From an uncultured virus (IMG/VR IMGVR_UViG_3300021957_000019) (lineage: Duplodnaviria; Heunggongvirae; Uroviricota; Caudoviricetes): a DNA stretch of 20,000 nt. The DNA lies in IMG/VR virus record IMGVR_UViG_3300021957_000019. One strand, 5' to 3'. Positions 18,408 to 20,000 of this stretch are shown piece after piece. Both the position numbers and the translations under genes were made by a program. Under the pieces are notes generated by a model that was given only the letters and a program-made list of their open reading frames with translations, did no database searches and was not told the origin of the DNA. Numbering within the stretch: the first letter of the stretch is position 1; each line of letters opens with the position of its first letter.

Positions 18408-20000
18408 ATGGCGAATGAATTTGTAATAAGGAGAGGTCTGATATCCCTTGGGGGTGTTAGAACTCCATTAACCACGGTAAATGATACTAGTTACTCGATA
18501 TCTGCGGCTACTGACTACTATGTAGAAGTAACCGCATCATCGGCACAAAGAACAGCGACACTACCAACACCGGCAGAAGGTCAGACTTTTGTCATAAAAA
18601 ATAAATATAGTTCTACAGAAAAAGTAGTAGTTGCGACTGTTGGAAGTGAAACCTTAGACGGCCAAGATACTGTGACACTTTCACCAGGTGAAGTGTTACA
18701 AGTAACCACTGACGGTAGTAATTGGATAATATTAAATGAAACTGGAAATAATTTAGGTGCAGGATGTTATGATACGGATATCGAAGCTGTCGGTTCAACA
18801 GTTGTGGCACCAAGTAGTGGAAGTATAACAATAGACGACCTAGTCCCAAACACTCAAAGAGTACGTGTTAATACTACACAAAATGGTGTGGATATTAGTA
18901 ATTTACTTTTACAATTTGAAATTAATGCAGGTTTAATCACAATAACGGACAGTAGTGATAATTTTTGTTCATTTACTCCGGATAGTATAACTACTGGAGC
19001 GACAATATTTGACTTTGTTACTACATCAGGTACAGTAACAGGGACTTTACCTAGAAATATGGATTTAGGTTCTGCTGTAATTTGTTTTACACCGTTTACA
19101 AACGGAACATCAGGAACATCAGGTTCTTCAGGAAGTAGCGGAACATCTGGTTCTTCAGGGACATCAGGTTCTTCAGGAAGTAGCGGAACTTCAGGTTCTT
19201 CGGGTTCATCAGGAACTAGTGGAAGTAGTGGTTCATCAGGAACGTCAGGTTCTTCAGGAAGTAGCGGAACTTCAGGTTCTTCGGGTTCATCAGGAACGTC
19301 AGGTTCATCAGGAACATCAGGTAGTTCAGGAACATCAGGTTCTTCAGGAAGTAGTGGAACTTCAGGTTCGTCAGGTTCTTCAGGAACATCAGGTAGTTCA
19401 GGAACATCAGGTTCTTCAGGAAGTAGCGGAACTTCAGGTTCATCAGGTAGTTCAGGAACATCAGGTTCTTCAGGAACATCAGGTTCTTCAGGAACATCAG
19501 GTTCTTCAGGAAGTAGCGGAACTTCAGGTTCATCAGGTTCTTCAGGAACGTCAGGTTCATCAGGAACGTCAGGTTCATCAGGAACGTCAGGTTCATCAGG
19601 AACATCAGGTTCTTCAGGAAGTAGCGGAACTTCAGGTTCTTCGGGTTCATCAGGAACGTCAGGTTCATCAGGAACATCAGGTAGTTCAGGAACATCAGGT
19701 TCTTCAGGAACATCAGGTTCTTCAGGAAGTAGCGGAACTTCAGGTTCATCAGGTTCTTCAGGAACATCAGGTTCATCAGGAACGTCAGGTTCATCAGGAA
19801 CATCAGGTTCTTCAGGAAGTAGCGGAACTTCAGGTTCTTCGGGTTCATCAGGAACGTCAGGTTCATCAGGAACATCAGGTTCTTCAGGAAGTAGTGGAAC
19901 TTCAGGTTCTTCAGGAACATCAGGTTCTTCAGGAAGTAGTGGAACTTCAGGTTCGTCAGGTTCTTCAGGAACATCAGGTAGTTCAGGAACATCAGGTTCT
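18408..20000 (+). CDS. Putative tail fibre protein, 5' part (>=531 codons, runs off the window; absent from the supplied ORF track)
   Basis: Manual translation from ATG 18408 has no stop: MANEFVIRRGLISLGGVRTPLTTVNDTSYSISAATDYYVEVTASSAQRTATLPTPAEGQTFVIKNKYSSTEKVVVATVGSETLDGQDTVTLSPGEVLQVTTDGSNWIIL...SAVICFTPFTN, then (G-S/T-S)n. The TLP...G...IK...T[IL]DG...DGxNW module is recurrent in phage tail fibres. Confidence 0.85.
   Translation, partial: MANEFVIRRGLISLGGVRTPLTTVNDTSYSISAATDYYVEVTASSAQRTATLPTPAEGQTFVIKNKYSSTEKVVVATVGSETLDGQDTVTLSPGEVLQVTTDGSNWIILNETGNNLGAGCYDTDIEAVGSTVVAPSSGSITIDDLVPNTQRVRVNTTQNGVDISNLLLQFEINAGLITITDSSDNFCSFTPDSITTGATIFDFVTTSGTVTGTLPRNMDLGSAVICFTPFTNGTSGTSGSSGSSGTSGSSGTSGSSGSSGTSGSSGSSGTSGSSGSSGTSGSSGSSGTSGSSGSSGTSGSSGTSGSSGTSGSSGSSGTSGSSGSSGTSGSSGTSGSSGSSGTSGSSGSSGTSGSSGTSGSSGTSGSSGSSGTSGSSGSSGTSGSSGTSGSSGTSGSSGTSGSSGSSGTSGSSGSSGTSGSSGTSGSSGTSGSSGTSGSSGSSGTSGSSGSSGTSGSSGTSGSSGTSGSSGSSGTSGSSGSSGTSGSSGTSGSSGSSGTSGSSGTSGSSGSSGTSGSSGSSGTSGSSGTSGS
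19104..20000 (+). repeat. >=99 Gly-(Ser/Thr)-Ser triplets, continuing past the window end
   Basis: The 9-nt register is kept from GGA 19104 to GGT 19995. Contains an exact 106-nt duplication (19245-19350 = 19605-19710). Confidence 0.95.

Noticed and set aside
15174..19992. Alternative-frame ORFs over the G-X-S tracts (PDEPDVPLL, QVHQEVVE, FLMNLMF types)
   Set aside because: Frame and strand shadows of 9-nt repeats; they begin and end with the repeat and have no independent domain.
19104..20000. Possible CRISPR array or non-coding satellite
   Set aside because: No unique spacers. Variation is concentrated at synonymous positions in one continuous reading frame, so this is a coding repeat.
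1..20000. Diversity-generating retroelement, invertible cassette or stop-codon recoding
   Set aside because: I saw no reverse transcriptase or recombinase gene, no adenine-specific template/variable repeat pair and no inverted repeats. Genes are long and intact under the standard code, so recoding is not needed to explain them; such elements outside the window cannot be excluded.

Overview
AT-rich, gene-dense window with seven co-oriented + strand genes, tightly coupled by TAATG and ATGA overlaps and 4-7 bp gaps; there are only two real intergenic gaps. It reads as the virion structural (baseplate/fibre) module of a large tailed phage, most likely an uncultured jumbo myovirus-like genome; a Bacteroidota host is a weak inference. 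Gene order: (1) 3' end of a hypothetical gene; (2) 983-aa baseplate-wedge-like protein with a P2 gpI-type motif; (3) ~3213-aa mosaic adhesin-like protein with three intact-MIDAS VWA domains, a fourth divergent VWA-like domain, repeated Cys-rich modules, a dockerin/EF-hand-like motif, ~7 SprB-type repeats and Thr/Pro stalks; (4) mucin-like Thr/Pro/Ser stalk protein; (5-7) three consecutive fibre-like proteins with proline-free Gly-X-Ser triplet tracts. The seventh gene (from 18408) is missing from the supplied ORF track because it runs off the window. Both intergenic gaps carry TATTTATA. I saw no RNA genes, CRISPR arrays or mobile elements. All family assignments are by eye from motifs, not from database searches.
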